The position numbers and the translations under genes were made by a program. Below the pieces are notes generated by a model. That model was not told where the DNA came from. It saw nothing but the letters and a program-made list of their open reading frames with translations, and made no database searches. A stretch of DNA of 34,186 nucleotides, taken from assembly GCA_022813965.1 (NCBI GenBank), contig JALDZS010000034.1, positions 124,001 to 158,186 on the forward strand, read 5' to 3'. Source of the DNA: Toensbergia leucococca (lineage: Eukaryota). The first letter of the stretch is position 1, and each line of letters begins with the position of its first letter. This document shows positions 1-10,646 of this stretch, in pieces.

Positions 1-742
1 ATCCAGGGACACCGTTGCTGGCAGCTTGACTCTGGTTATTCTGCTCCCTAAGTTGCTGCTGCTGCTGCTTGAATCTTCCCAAATATACTTTGGCTTCTTC
101 GATGGTCCGCTGGTAAGTTCCCTTGCGATCGTTGAGAGAAGCATCTACTTTACCCTCTCTCTGATTTTGGGCAATCGTTTGGTTCACCTCGTTCATCCTC
201 TGGGTGGCCAGCTCCAATCTCTGCAGATGGTGTGCATACTTATTTCTCGCCTCTCGTTGCCAATTTTGAGCTGACTGTGGACCTTGTGCTCTGACATTAG
301 GCGGCGTGACCAATTCCAGGTTTTGAACGGCTGTAAGTATCTTGGGTGTCACAGTTTCGTGAGTCTGGTTCTGGCCGGGGTTCGGATGTATGGGTTGATT
401 TTGTTGATGAGAGTCTATTTGAGTTGGCTGAGCTTGATTGATGGGTCTTGTACCATTTTGCTGACTGGCTTGAAGGTCTCGAGCTTGCTGCTCACTACTG
501 TGTTTTCTCAGTCCAGCTTTGATACTCGCAGTAACATCAGCTAGCTTCTTGTGAGCGGCCTGATGTTCTGGAGAGTCATGCGGACGGGTGTGAATTGTGT
601 CCCATAGCTTCATTATGCCGGGAGCGTAGTTGGCCTTTTGCTGATCGGTAACATGAGGAAGCTTTGCGACCATCTCCGGTCTTATAAGACTTGATAATGG
701 TGGGAGGCCTTGGTGGACCGGCGGATTAGCAAGGTTGCTCAT
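1..742 (-). CDS. TAF12: Probable transcription initiation factor TFIID subunit 12, N-terminal part (runs off the left edge)
   Basis: Hand translation from ATG at 742 is stop-free to the edge: MSNLANPPVHQGLPPLSSLIRPEMVAKLPHVTDQQKANYAPGIMKLWDTIHTRPHDSPEHQAAHKKL...KQQQQQLREQ. The LIRPE-x-V-x-KLPH-x2-DQQK start and Gln-rich composition resemble Pezizomycotina TAF12 N-termini as I recall them. The histone fold is outside the window. Absent from the ORF track because it has no stop. Confidence 0.72.
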   Translation of the reverse strand, partial: MSNLANPPVHQGLPPLSSLIRPEMVAKLPHVTDQQKANYAPGIMKLWDTIHTRPHDSPEHQAAHKKLADVTASIKAGLRKHSSEQQARDLQASQQNGTRPINQAQPTQIDSHQQNQPIHPNPGQNQTHETVTPKILTAVQNLELVTPPNVRAQGPQSAQNWQREARNKYAHHLQRLELATQRMNEVNQTIAQNQREGKVDASLNDRKGTYQRTIEEAKVYLGRFKQQQQQLREQNNQSQAASNGVPG

Positions 743-2096
743 CCTGTAGCTTGGAGCTGGTGGGGTCCTCAGTGGACGTCTTCGGGCTACATGAGACGGA
801 CGTATATTCGTACTCGTACTCGTATCAAGGATGGAATATGGCGAAATGCCTAGAGACGAAGAAATATGGCAAGAGTCCAAAGAAGAAATGGTTCGGTGTG
901 CATGGCTGAGTAAGTCAGAAGCATTTGTACGGAGACGCTTAGGTATGCAACGAGAGTTCAAAGCTAGTGCTCGGTACGAAGGTATTCTAGGTAGGGAGGT
1001 AGGCACGAGGTAACGCCTCATCTCAAAGATTTGTATATTTACAAAATCTGCGGAGTACCACTTGTAACAGCGAGAGAGCCTCTCAGCCTCCAGGACTTCC
1101 AAGCTGACATGTGCCTCGAGCGAGCATACAAGCACACCATCACCAACAAGTCCTTGAAATCCGTGAAAGAGCAATGTCTTCTTCTCTCCGGATTTGCATT
1201 TTCAAAGCCATTCGCTGAGAATCATGACTCGAGCAAGATTAATCACAGTGCAACGTCTCTCACCAGATGCTATTTGATGCAAACGCCCTACTCCAATTTC
1301 TTCTGCATGGCCATCTTCTTCATCGACAGATCATCTCCGCAATACAAGACCCGTTTACCATTGATGTGAATACTCTTTACAGGTTTGATCTTAGTCTACA
1401 CTTGTGAAGCTTACACTCAAGCTCTAAAGAGAGGATGTAATGTCGACACTTTGTACATCCCTAGTAAGACCCTTCGGAGCCCCAAGAAGAAGCGAACGAC
1501 AGTGCACAGAACACTTTATCCATGTAGGTGTTCAATTTGATAACCCTAGCTTTGAAACGCCAATGATGGTATCAGAGTTGGTTTTCGAATGCAGTTCATC
1601 GGGCATGGGAGTCTAAGTTTCAAGCTGCCGCGAATGTTTTCATGCCTCTCCTGTTTCCTCAATCATTAAAAATGAGATCACAAGTCTCTGTATGAACACC
1701 TCGGGGCGCCGAATAATCTTGGAGTCTATATGCCTTGTCATTGTCGGTTCCAGAGCCATTTATTGACCAAAACACAATGCATCCATTCGAAAACCAGAAG
1801 CCAACACATGCCCGAGTGCAGGGTGGAGTAGCATCTAGAGCTCATCCTGTAAAATTATCATGCTCGAGAATATCTGAGGTAACATGCTTCAAATCATAAG
1901 GAGTACTAAATGTAGCTTTCTCAGTGATGCTGGTCAGGGTGATAGGAATCTGCCACAAACCATGGCGTGCCATTTTATTTCTCTGCCTCCCTATTTCTGC
2001 ATCAGTAATTCCACTGGCTTGCCACGAGCTACGGTATCTGTCTCTTTATTCGTTCTACCGAACTCGACGCATTGATCGACGTAGATCTCGGTAATT

Positions 2097-4083
2097 CTAA
2101 TTATACGAGGTCCAAGATCTGCTGCTTGGCTTGCCAATCGTCTCAACTTGAAAGCCCAATTCTTCGAGCTTCGCACTATCCAGAATGTCTCGGCCATCGA
2201 AAACAAACATTGGCTTCTTCATTCCCTTTGCAATGCGAGCCCAGTCTAAGCAAATAATAGGATGGGTTTCTGCCGCAACATTGATGTTCAGCTGATCCAT
2301 GGTCAACTTTTGTGACAATTGGTAGGCTTTCTCGGGCTTCCATGCGGTCTGAGGCCGCAACGAATCTTGTAATTCGAAGACACCGCTGTCGCTTGAGGAT
2401 GTACCAGATTCAACTCGGTGGTCAAGTTCAACCAAAGCTGACGATCGATCCTTTTGTGTCTGAATAATTGCATTGGCCTTGTTGCTAAACTCGTCCCATT
2501 CCGTGACCACGACTATCGCATCTGCATTAGCGCAAGCAAAATAGGCTGACTGGCAGACCTCTACGTTGCGTTTGAGGATCCCTAAATCTCCGCCATCGTC
2601 TACCAAATCCCTCCATATCTGTTGCTCTGCCACTTTGGGATCGTATATCGCAACTTCAGCCCCCTCAGCTACGAAATTGCTAACTAGCTTGATGGCGGGT
2701 GATTCTCGTGTATCACTTGTGTTCTTTTTGAACGCAAAGCCAAGTACGGCAATTCGCTTGCCAGTAAGATTGTTGAAGAGACATGAGATGATACGCTTTG
2801 TAAATCGATCTTTCTGGTATTCGTTCATGGTAATGATTGTGCGCCAGTAGTCTGCCACTTCGCACAAATGCAAGGATTCAGACAAGTAGACAATATTGAA
2901 TATATCCTTTTGGAAACAGCTACGAATTATCATCAGCCATGTCATGTTCATGAGCCTTGATGAGACTGACCTGCCGCCAAAGCCCGGACCTGCCTTCAGC
3001 ATCCGAGGACCAATCCTCGAGTCAAGGCCGCACGCATAGCTAACCTCGTCGACATCAGCACCAGTAGCTTCGCAGATGGCACTTAATGCGTTCACACTAC
3101 TTATTCGTTGAGCAAGCATAGCGTTTGCTGCAAGCTTGGATAATTCTGATGACCACAGATTCATTGTGATGATTCGGTCCCGAGGCACCCATTGTGCATA
3201 GACTTCTGCTAATGAAGCTGCGGCTCTGTAGCCGGAAGGGGTTGGCATAGACCCGATGATGATTCTATCAGGATAGAGTAGATCCCGAATTGCTGTTCCC
3301 TCGGCAAGGAATTCGGGATTGGACAACACATCGAAATGAACACGTGGTTGAGCGTTGGCTGAAAGCTAGACAGTGTCATTACCAAAACTCTGATACTACA
3401 ATAGCATCGTCTCTCTAGGTAGACAGCCTGAAAGAAACTCACAATCTCTCTTATGGACTGTGCAGTCCTGCATGGAACAGTAGACTTCTCGACCACGATC
3501 TTATCCTCTTTGGCCACCCTGGCTATGTTTCGGGTTGCAGCTTCGATAAACCTAAGGTCTGCAGCAGCGCCTTTCCCGATACCACTTGCTTTGGTAGGGG
3601 TGTTAACGCAAACAAAAACTAGGTCGGCGTCTGTGATGGCCTTGTCGATATCTGTGGAGAAGAAAAGGTTCGCTCGATGGACAATTCCATTGGGCACGTG
3701 GCGCTTTTCTTTGCCATCGCGAGCAGTACTGACGATTTCATAGAGTCCTGGCTCGTATATGGGCAGACGATCTGATTGCCAAGCTGCAATACGTTCCGGG
3801 TTGATATCCACGACCGTCACATCGATATCCGACTTAAAGGCCGTTACAGCCGAAGTTGGACCTTGGAAGAATGATTAGGTAGGCTAGCATGATGAGGTAA
3901 TGGGCCATTACCTCCAACAAATCCAGAGCCCAAGCAAGTAATCTTTTTGATGTTCTTGTGAGGAACGTCGATGGAGTCCGCTTTTCTTGTCAGTCTCTGG
4001 TAGCCCGGAGTAACGGTCCTTTCGAAGGCAGGCTTTGTTGGAGTTGTGGGACCAGCGCGTTTTGGCGAGCTGAGACTCTTCAT
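2097..4083 (-). CDS. UGD1: UDP-glucose 6-dehydrogenase; exons 4083-3912, 3861-3443, 3365-2971, 2919-2097
   Basis: Rossmann motif [54 protein letters not shown], catalytic GFGGSCFQKD after splicing, and [14 protein letters not shown]. Three GT-AG introns of 50, 77 and 51 nt join the ORFs in frame. Confidence 0.96.
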
Positions 4084-5670
4084 GGTACCTACTGTAAACG
4101 TGTACCATCAGAGCCTTTTGATTTATGGCTACACGCTGCACACTATGAAGAAGTATTGGCTAGGTAGGTATTGGATGACAGAAGAAGATGCTCCAATATT
4201 GAAATAGGCGGCGGAACGAATGAGACCCCAACGATGTCGGCAATTCACTTGGAGGACTTGCATGCGTGAATAAACTGAGAAATTGCAAGTATTTACGAAC
4301 AGCCTATCTAACTCTTCCATCTTGCTGGAAATTAGGGCTCGCTAATTGAATGAAGGAAGAAGTAGGTAGGTGAGGAAGTGCAGCTCATGACGAATTCGTG
4401 TCAAGATTCTTTTTATTTCATCATGCAGCGATAAAATTTGAAAGCTAATTTGAGACACTTTCTCCACTTAATTTGAGATTAACAATGTTGTTTTGCAATC
4501 CTCTCAAGCCATTCTATAGTAGAAGCCTCATGCCGCACCTCTTTTGAGAGAAGAAATCGACTTTCAACTACGAAATGTGCTTCTGACTAAAAGAGGGTTG
4601 GAACTTTAGCTGGTGATTGAATCGTGTCCAAGTAAATCTAATCAAGTAGCATTGTTTTTCATACCAGTCGTCGGCATCTGATAGGTGTGCATCTGATCGC
4701 ATGATTCAGTGTGTCGTTTGATCCTCAGCTAAAAAAAAAAAAGGAGGTTTGCTCTATGGGTATTATCTTTGACCTTACTTTGTCGAGGGCGACAATGCAT
4801 TCTGTAGACGTTGGCAGAGTCACGAGCAGTTTTTCGGTTCTTCCCGTCACGGCTCCAGCAACTTGCAGTAGTACAAACATCGTGTGGAGGAAGCGAGATT
4901 GTAGGCTCAGCTTTGCTTTGAGAAGTCATATTTATTTCTGGCAAAGAAGCGATACAGAAGTCAGTAATAACGTGAGGTTATGGTGAGAGTGGGAGAGTAG
5001 ACAAACCAGGCTTTCAAAGCTGTTCTGTCGTCGATTTGATCGTGTGTTGTACGATCAAGAGTAGTAGAAGGCCTTTCAACGCAGGTAAGATTGGGTTTGG
5101 ATAGAAGTTTTGAAAGCAGAATTTTTTTAGTTTTTTTAAATGGGCTAGGTATTCCGAGGAGCATCAGACACTTGCCTTTTGGAAGAAAAGCATTAGTCAC
5201 GTCGTGGCATGACGCAGACGAGCTTTCAACAATTCACGATTCGGCCCATACTGCAATACGAACATCCTCTTGTCTTTGATGCATTTGACGAGTAGAGAGA
5301 TGTTCTTGAAAATACAACTCGAGTAGATCTGACTTTGATCGGTAGATGAAGCCATGTCTGGAGATCAAGTGAAGTAGATACGAGAGTATGTTCAACCTTG
5401 GCTTGTGTTGTCCATTCAAGCTGACAAGCTTACCCCTTGGTAATGGCAAGGGAAGTCCGGTTACACTATGCTACAGTAAACTACAAACGTCTTAGCAGTT
5501 TTCCTATTCGATCTACGAACTCAATCATTTCGTGCAATCAAATTACAGACAATATAGACTTTGGAGAAGATGCTGACTTACTCATTTCAACTGAGTCCTT
5601 ACGTCAGCTCTCATGGCCACTGTGCTCTCACGCCTATATCGGTCTATCTCATACTACCCGGCCTTTGAAA

Positions 5671-6533
5671 TTACCGCAATAGGCCACCCAGATCTCTTTC
5701 CATACCGCTGACTCTCTCTTCTAGTGCCCGCTTTTTCTTTTCGAGTTCCCGGATCTCCTCCTCCTCTCGTCTTAGGTCTTCTGCTGTAATCTGGAGTTGG
5801 TCAGGAACGAATTGGGCGCCTAGAGGAGTTTCGTCGTCGATGTTGTCCAGATTATCGTCCATATCGAAATATTTTTCTCGGTTGATTTTGTCTAGCTGCA
5901 TCGATTGCTTTGATATTCGGGACTCATACCTCGCAACAGATGATGATAGTTGCTCAAATCGGGTGCGCAGGGAGGCAATCTTATCCACAGCGCCAGGGAT
6001 AGGGCTTTCCAGTCGTTAGCAGAATGCTTGAACCGCGGATGAAAACATACTATGCTCTTGAAATCTTCTCAGCACCCTTCAACAAAATTTCCACGTTGAC
6101 TTCGCCTCGCTCTCGCCCATCGTTCATCCCATCTCTGCGCATCTGCTCCATCACGTCACCACCCAGGAGCATAGCCACTGCACGATCATTTCTTGTCGTC
6201 TTTCTTAGGCTGGACTCATTGACTAGCGACCCTCCAATGCTGTCTGTACTGAACAGATTGCCCTTGCCGACAGAATTTGCAACAGAGCGACGAGGCTTAG
6301 GATCTGAGGGCGCTAAGGTAAAGAGCGCACGTTCATGTATTTCGGTATCTCGAATGAGGGCTGTAATATCATGTGAATGCAATAGTGCATTCGTGAAGAT
6401 CTTTGGGGGAGGAAACCTAAGAAATAGAAATCAATTTCCCATGCTGTTGGACTGGGAGGTGTGCGTACGAAAGTTCAGCAATGGCTGCTGATGACAACGA
6501 TATTTGCTCGAGGTGATTATGGAGTGCAGTCAT
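5671..6533 (-). CDS. SPC34: DASH/Dam1 complex subunit Spc34; exons 6533-6469, 6416-6051, 6004-5671
   Basis: Spliced product MTALHNHLEQISLSSAAIAELSFPPPKIFTNALLHSHDITALIRDTEIHERALF...LLKGAEKISRAYPIPGA...coiled coil...ERDLGGLLR matches the Spc34 family pattern. Two GT-AG introns, the second with a GCTAAC branch site. Confidence 0.92.
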
Positions 6534-6840
6534 GACAATTCAACATGGTCTGCTCAACCTGAAAGGTTAAGCAGCTCGTAATTAAGTCGTCTCCATCTAC
6601 CTTCCTGGTACCTGTTGTAGAGTAAGGTAATGATTATTCACGCGCCAAGCTTCACCTCCTGGATCTTGGGATCACGTGCTAGGTAATTAATTAGGGATGA
6701 GGTCTCGTACCTTCCTCGGATTAAATACTAGCAAGGTAACATACAGCGTAGGGATCATTGAACCCTCAGAAGACTTAACACGCTCTCAAAGAGCTGCGAG
6801 ACAATCCTCCTTCCGACTAGATATCCCGATCCAGTCGAAC

Positions 6841-6850
6841 TGGTGGAGCT
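6841..6850 (+). promoter_or_regulatory. Candidate Rpn4-type proteasome element TGGTGGAGCT
   Basis: Lies about 230 bp upstream of the RPN3 ATG. Contains GGAGCT, which I recall as the proteasome-gene motif of filamentous ascomycetes, and the GGTGG half of yeast PACE. Confidence 0.5.
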
Positions 6851-7076
6851 CACTGATCACGTCAAAAAGGCTGATTACATATTACAGCGCGGCTCTTCTG
6901 CTAGCGCTCCTTCTTCGGCCACATCAGGTGTGCCAACGAATCTTCGACATCACCACCAGCTGTCAACACCTTTGACGGCGGCTTCCCACTCGAAGAACCT
7001 CGCCTACTGAGCTAGCTGTACTGTCGTACTCGGAACGTAGGCCCTGCTCAACGTCCCACTCTCACCACCCATCGTT

Positions 7077-9158
7077 ATGCCTAGCGAGAGACGAACCCTG
7101 AGGTCCAGTAAAGAGTTATCATCATCAGCAAATGGCGAGAAGCCGCGATCGAACTCCCAAAGTTCGAGCTCCAACAAAGATAAGGCCGTGCCTACGCGAT
7201 CAACGTCATCCAAAGGCAAGACCCTTCCCAGCAAGAAAGGCACAAACTCGTTGGTAAAAGACCCTAGCGGCGACAAGTCCCAAACAAATGGAGACGAACC
7301 AATCGAGAATGGCGTAAACGGCGTAGAAGATATAGAGATGGCAGACGACGGAACGGAAAAGATGGTGGCTGATACTAGCAATGATGGCGATGATGAGATG
7401 ACCGTAGTTGTACCGCCACCGAAAAGCTCTAAGCTTGCTGGAGAGTCTGCCGTGGATCCAGAAGGCGATACTCCCATGGAAGTCATCGAAAAAGCAGATG
7501 TAGATGATCCCGAGGCAGAAGAGGTTGATCCGAGGGTGAAAGCGATTTCAGGTTGGTTCTTCAATACTCAGCATCAAGCCCGGCGTTGGGTATTTCTTTC
7601 GGTGGTAGGCATCTGCTAACTTTCGCCTCCAAGATATCAAAGCCAATTTCGTCCTTCTAGAGCGTGCTGTAACCCAATTCGATGCCCGGTTCACTTTACG
7701 AGTGCTTCGTTCCATATCATCGATGCGAAAACATCTCACCTCAGATTTGCTCGCTCAGGTCATCACTGAAAGCTACTCTTCAACAAATCCAGTAGCTAAG
7801 ACTCTACTAGCAGCTATAGGAGAGGAAAATGCTTCTTTCGAAGACCAAGCCTCATCTTCCGAAATGGACATTGATGTCCAGGCAAGGGACAAGCTGCAAG
7901 CACATCCTGCAAAACCTGCTATTACCTCAAAAGAAATTCTTCCGGAGATTGACACCTACATGTCTATACTCGTTCAAATACACCTTTACGACACTAAAGC
8001 CGTAGAATTTGGCGCCAAATTCTCCAGCAATCTTGTGGAGAGGTTACGGACGCTTAATCGTCGGACACTCGATGCTCTTTCTGCCCGAGCGTATTTCTAT
8101 TACTCGCTTTTCTTCGAACAACTGGCTCCCCTTCCGCCTTCACCTATGGCATCCGTGGTATCGATCCGGCAAAATCTCCTGGCAGCTCTTCGAACTTCAG
8201 TATTGCGCAAGGATCAGGACACACAAGCCACAATAACTACTTTACTACTTCGGAACTACTTGTCCACCTCGCACATCTCCCAAGCCGATCTCCTTATCTC
8301 TCATTCCCAATTTCCCCCGGCTGCATCCAGCAATCAGATCGCACGATATCTCTATTACCTCGGTCGGATACGCGCAATACAGCTTTCGTACACTGAAGCC
8401 CATGAACACTTGATTGGAGCGTCCCGCAAGTCCCCGTCGACGCCCAGTGCAAGCGGATTTTACCAAGCATCAACCAAATTACTTATCGTTGTAGAGCTTT
8501 TGATGGGAGATATTCCTGACCGAGCCATCTTCCGTCAACCAAGCCTTGAGCACGCAATGCAGCCTTATCTACAGCTCGTGCAAGCTGTGCGCGTAGGGAA
8601 AATTGATGGGTTTCTGAGCGTTGTGCAAACACACAGCGTCACCTTCCGACGCGATGGTACCTATACGCTTGTGCTACGTCTACGGCAGAACGTCATAAAG
8701 ACCGGTATTCGCATGATGTCACTCTCGTATGCTCGCATATCGCTAAGGGACATTTGCATGAAGCTGGATCTCGAGAGCGAAGAATCCGCAGAGTATATTG
8801 TAGCTAAGGCCATCCGAGACGGGGTCATAGAGGCTACACTCGATCATGAGCATGGCTACATGAAGAGTAAGGACACAGGGGATATTTATGCCACTCGAGA
8901 GCCCGGAGAGGCGTTCCACGAGCGAATTAGGGCGTGCCTCGATCTGCACGATGAGAGTGTCAAGGTGAATCGATCTGGGCTAAAGCTAAGCTAGGACGTG
9001 CTAATATTATTCAGGCCATGAGATTTCCAATGAATCAACACCGCCTGGAGCTCAAGAACGCACAAGAGGCGAGAGAGAGGGAGAGGGAATTGGCTAAGGA
9101 GATCGTGGAGGGCGAGATGGATGACGATGATGCAGGTGGAGACTTTGAAGGCATGTGA
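7077..9158 (+). CDS. RPN3: 26S proteasome regulatory (lid) subunit Rpn3; exons 7077-7551, 7634-8964, 9015-9158
   Basis: FDARFTLRVLR, LNRRTLD, LLLRNYL, ARYLYYLGRIRAIQLSY, PCI region LRQNVIKTGIR...SAEYIVAKAIRDGVIEA, and C-terminal HDESVKAMRFP...ARERERELAKEI. Both introns are GT-AG with GCTAAY branch sites. Confidence 0.97.
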
Positions 9159-9532
9159 GGAGTAAGGATCCACTGATCAAAGACGTTCTGTGTTCAGAGA
9201 CAGTTCACCCCTTGTGTTCCTAGACTCTTCCCCACTGCGTTGGCACGCTGATCTGGGCGTGAACCATCTGCGGTACAACTCTGTTCATTACAGAAATAAG
9301 GTAGCAAGCTCTATCTGCTAGGTTTGAAACCTTTGGGTCTAGGACTTGCATGAAGTGCGCGTTATAGACTACAACATGATATTAATATTCGACCTCTACG
9401 CTCTATCCTTCCACTATCCGAACGCTTGGATTCATATAATTTATTCATTGATCGTAGTCCGTCCGTTGTCTGAGAACCCCCTCAGTGCTCATGTCTGATC
9501 AGCAATATTTGATGTCTACGTAAGAAAGGAGC

Positions 9533-10426
9533 ATGTAAGTCAAGGTACGCCGGACAAGTCCACCAGGAGTAGAAGCTCAAACCCCACCTAGGATCGAAGT
9601 ATCCGCACGTCTCCGCCGCGCCATCGTCCTCAATGACCTTGTACTCCTCAAACGCATCGTCAAAAACAACCCCAAACACCTTCAGAACCCCGACTTCGCC
9701 GACAAAGGCAACACCTCCCTCCACCTAGCCGCCCAGCTGGGCCTTCCAGGAATCTCCGCAAGTCCCTCCTTCCAACCTGCAAATCCAACTTTGCAATTCC
9801 CAAACGGCAGCTAAACATTCCACTTCGGTTCTTACCTGCTGATGCGCGTATAGGAGTTCTTAATTGACGCTGGCCACGAGGCTGATGGCATCTCCCGCAA
9901 CGCCGACTGGGACACCCCGCTGCACCTGGCGGTAGAATCGCACGATGAAGTTGCTGCGCTCCTTGCCGGCCGATTTCCGCGCTGCATCGCTTGGAAGAAC
10001 AAGTCGGGTGCCGATGCCGTATTCTCTCCCACTCCCCCCCCCCCGTCCAACAAGCTGTCGCATTTTTCTAACCCTCCCCTTTCTGGCTAGCTGATGCTCG
10101 CGTCTCAACACCCCTCTCCCGCGCTCATCGCCATGCTTCTGACTCTCTCGCCATCTCCGACGACGCTCCTGGCTGCTGCGGACAATGATGGCAACACGGC
10201 GCTGCACCACGCGTGTGCATATGGGCAGTTGAAGAGTATTGGGGTGTTGTTGGAGAGCGGAGCGAGTGCGGGGGCGAGGAATGCGTATAGTTGGACGCCG
10301 GTGAGTTATTGTATGACTGTTGGGGTGGAGGTGGGGTTTAAGGGGCTGGTGGCCGAGGGGGAGAGGAGAAGGGAGGGGAGGAGGGGAGGTGGTGGGGGTG
10401 TGAGGGTTGTCGATGAGGGGAGTTAG
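9533..10426 (+). CDS. Ankyrin-repeat protein, Avo2-like (TORC2-associated family); exons 9533-9534, 9592-9757, 9854-10018, 10091-10426
   Basis: Spliced product MIEVSARLRRAIVLNDLVLLKRIVKNNPKHLQNPDFADKGNTSLHLAA...DWDTPLHLAV...DNDGNTALHHACAYG...NAYSWTPVSY has several ankyrin repeats, and the RLRRAI start is typical of Avo2. Needs a GC-AG second intron. The first exon is uncertain (alternative start at 9491). Confidence 0.85.
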
Positions 10427-10646
10427 GATAGATATGCAAGGGGACTTGACAGGTGTGGTGCTACAGAACGAGCGCTGTGAGTACTTGTACATGAACTCTC
10501 TATCGATTTCTGATCTAAGTGGTGATTCCTGCTAAGCTCTATGAGTGGATCGTTCTATTCGATATGGGTGAGGCGCAACAGTCAGGGCTATGGATGCCTG
10601 CCGCCAACTGCTTCCCTTTATGATACATCGCGATGCCAGATCAAAA

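Noticed and set aside
26..544. Plus-strand ORFs of 82 and 86 aa
   Set aside because: Antisense shadows of the TAF12-like CDS.
1031..1369. 112-aa ORF divergent from TAF12
   Set aside because: TTG start, no recognisable motif or intron structure; cannot be supported as a gene.
1541..1548. TAACCCTA telomere or telomerase-template-like word (also TAGGGTTA near 16113)
   Set aside because: Single 8-mers are expected by chance and no other telomerase RNA features are recognisable.
1567..1577. TGGTATCAGAG, resembling an LTR primer-binding site
   Set aside because: Matches the plant initiator-tRNA PBS, with no adjacent LTR end or gag/pol remnants.
7004..7564. 186-aa minus-strand Ser-rich ORF
   Set aside because: Antisense shadow of RPN3 exon 1.
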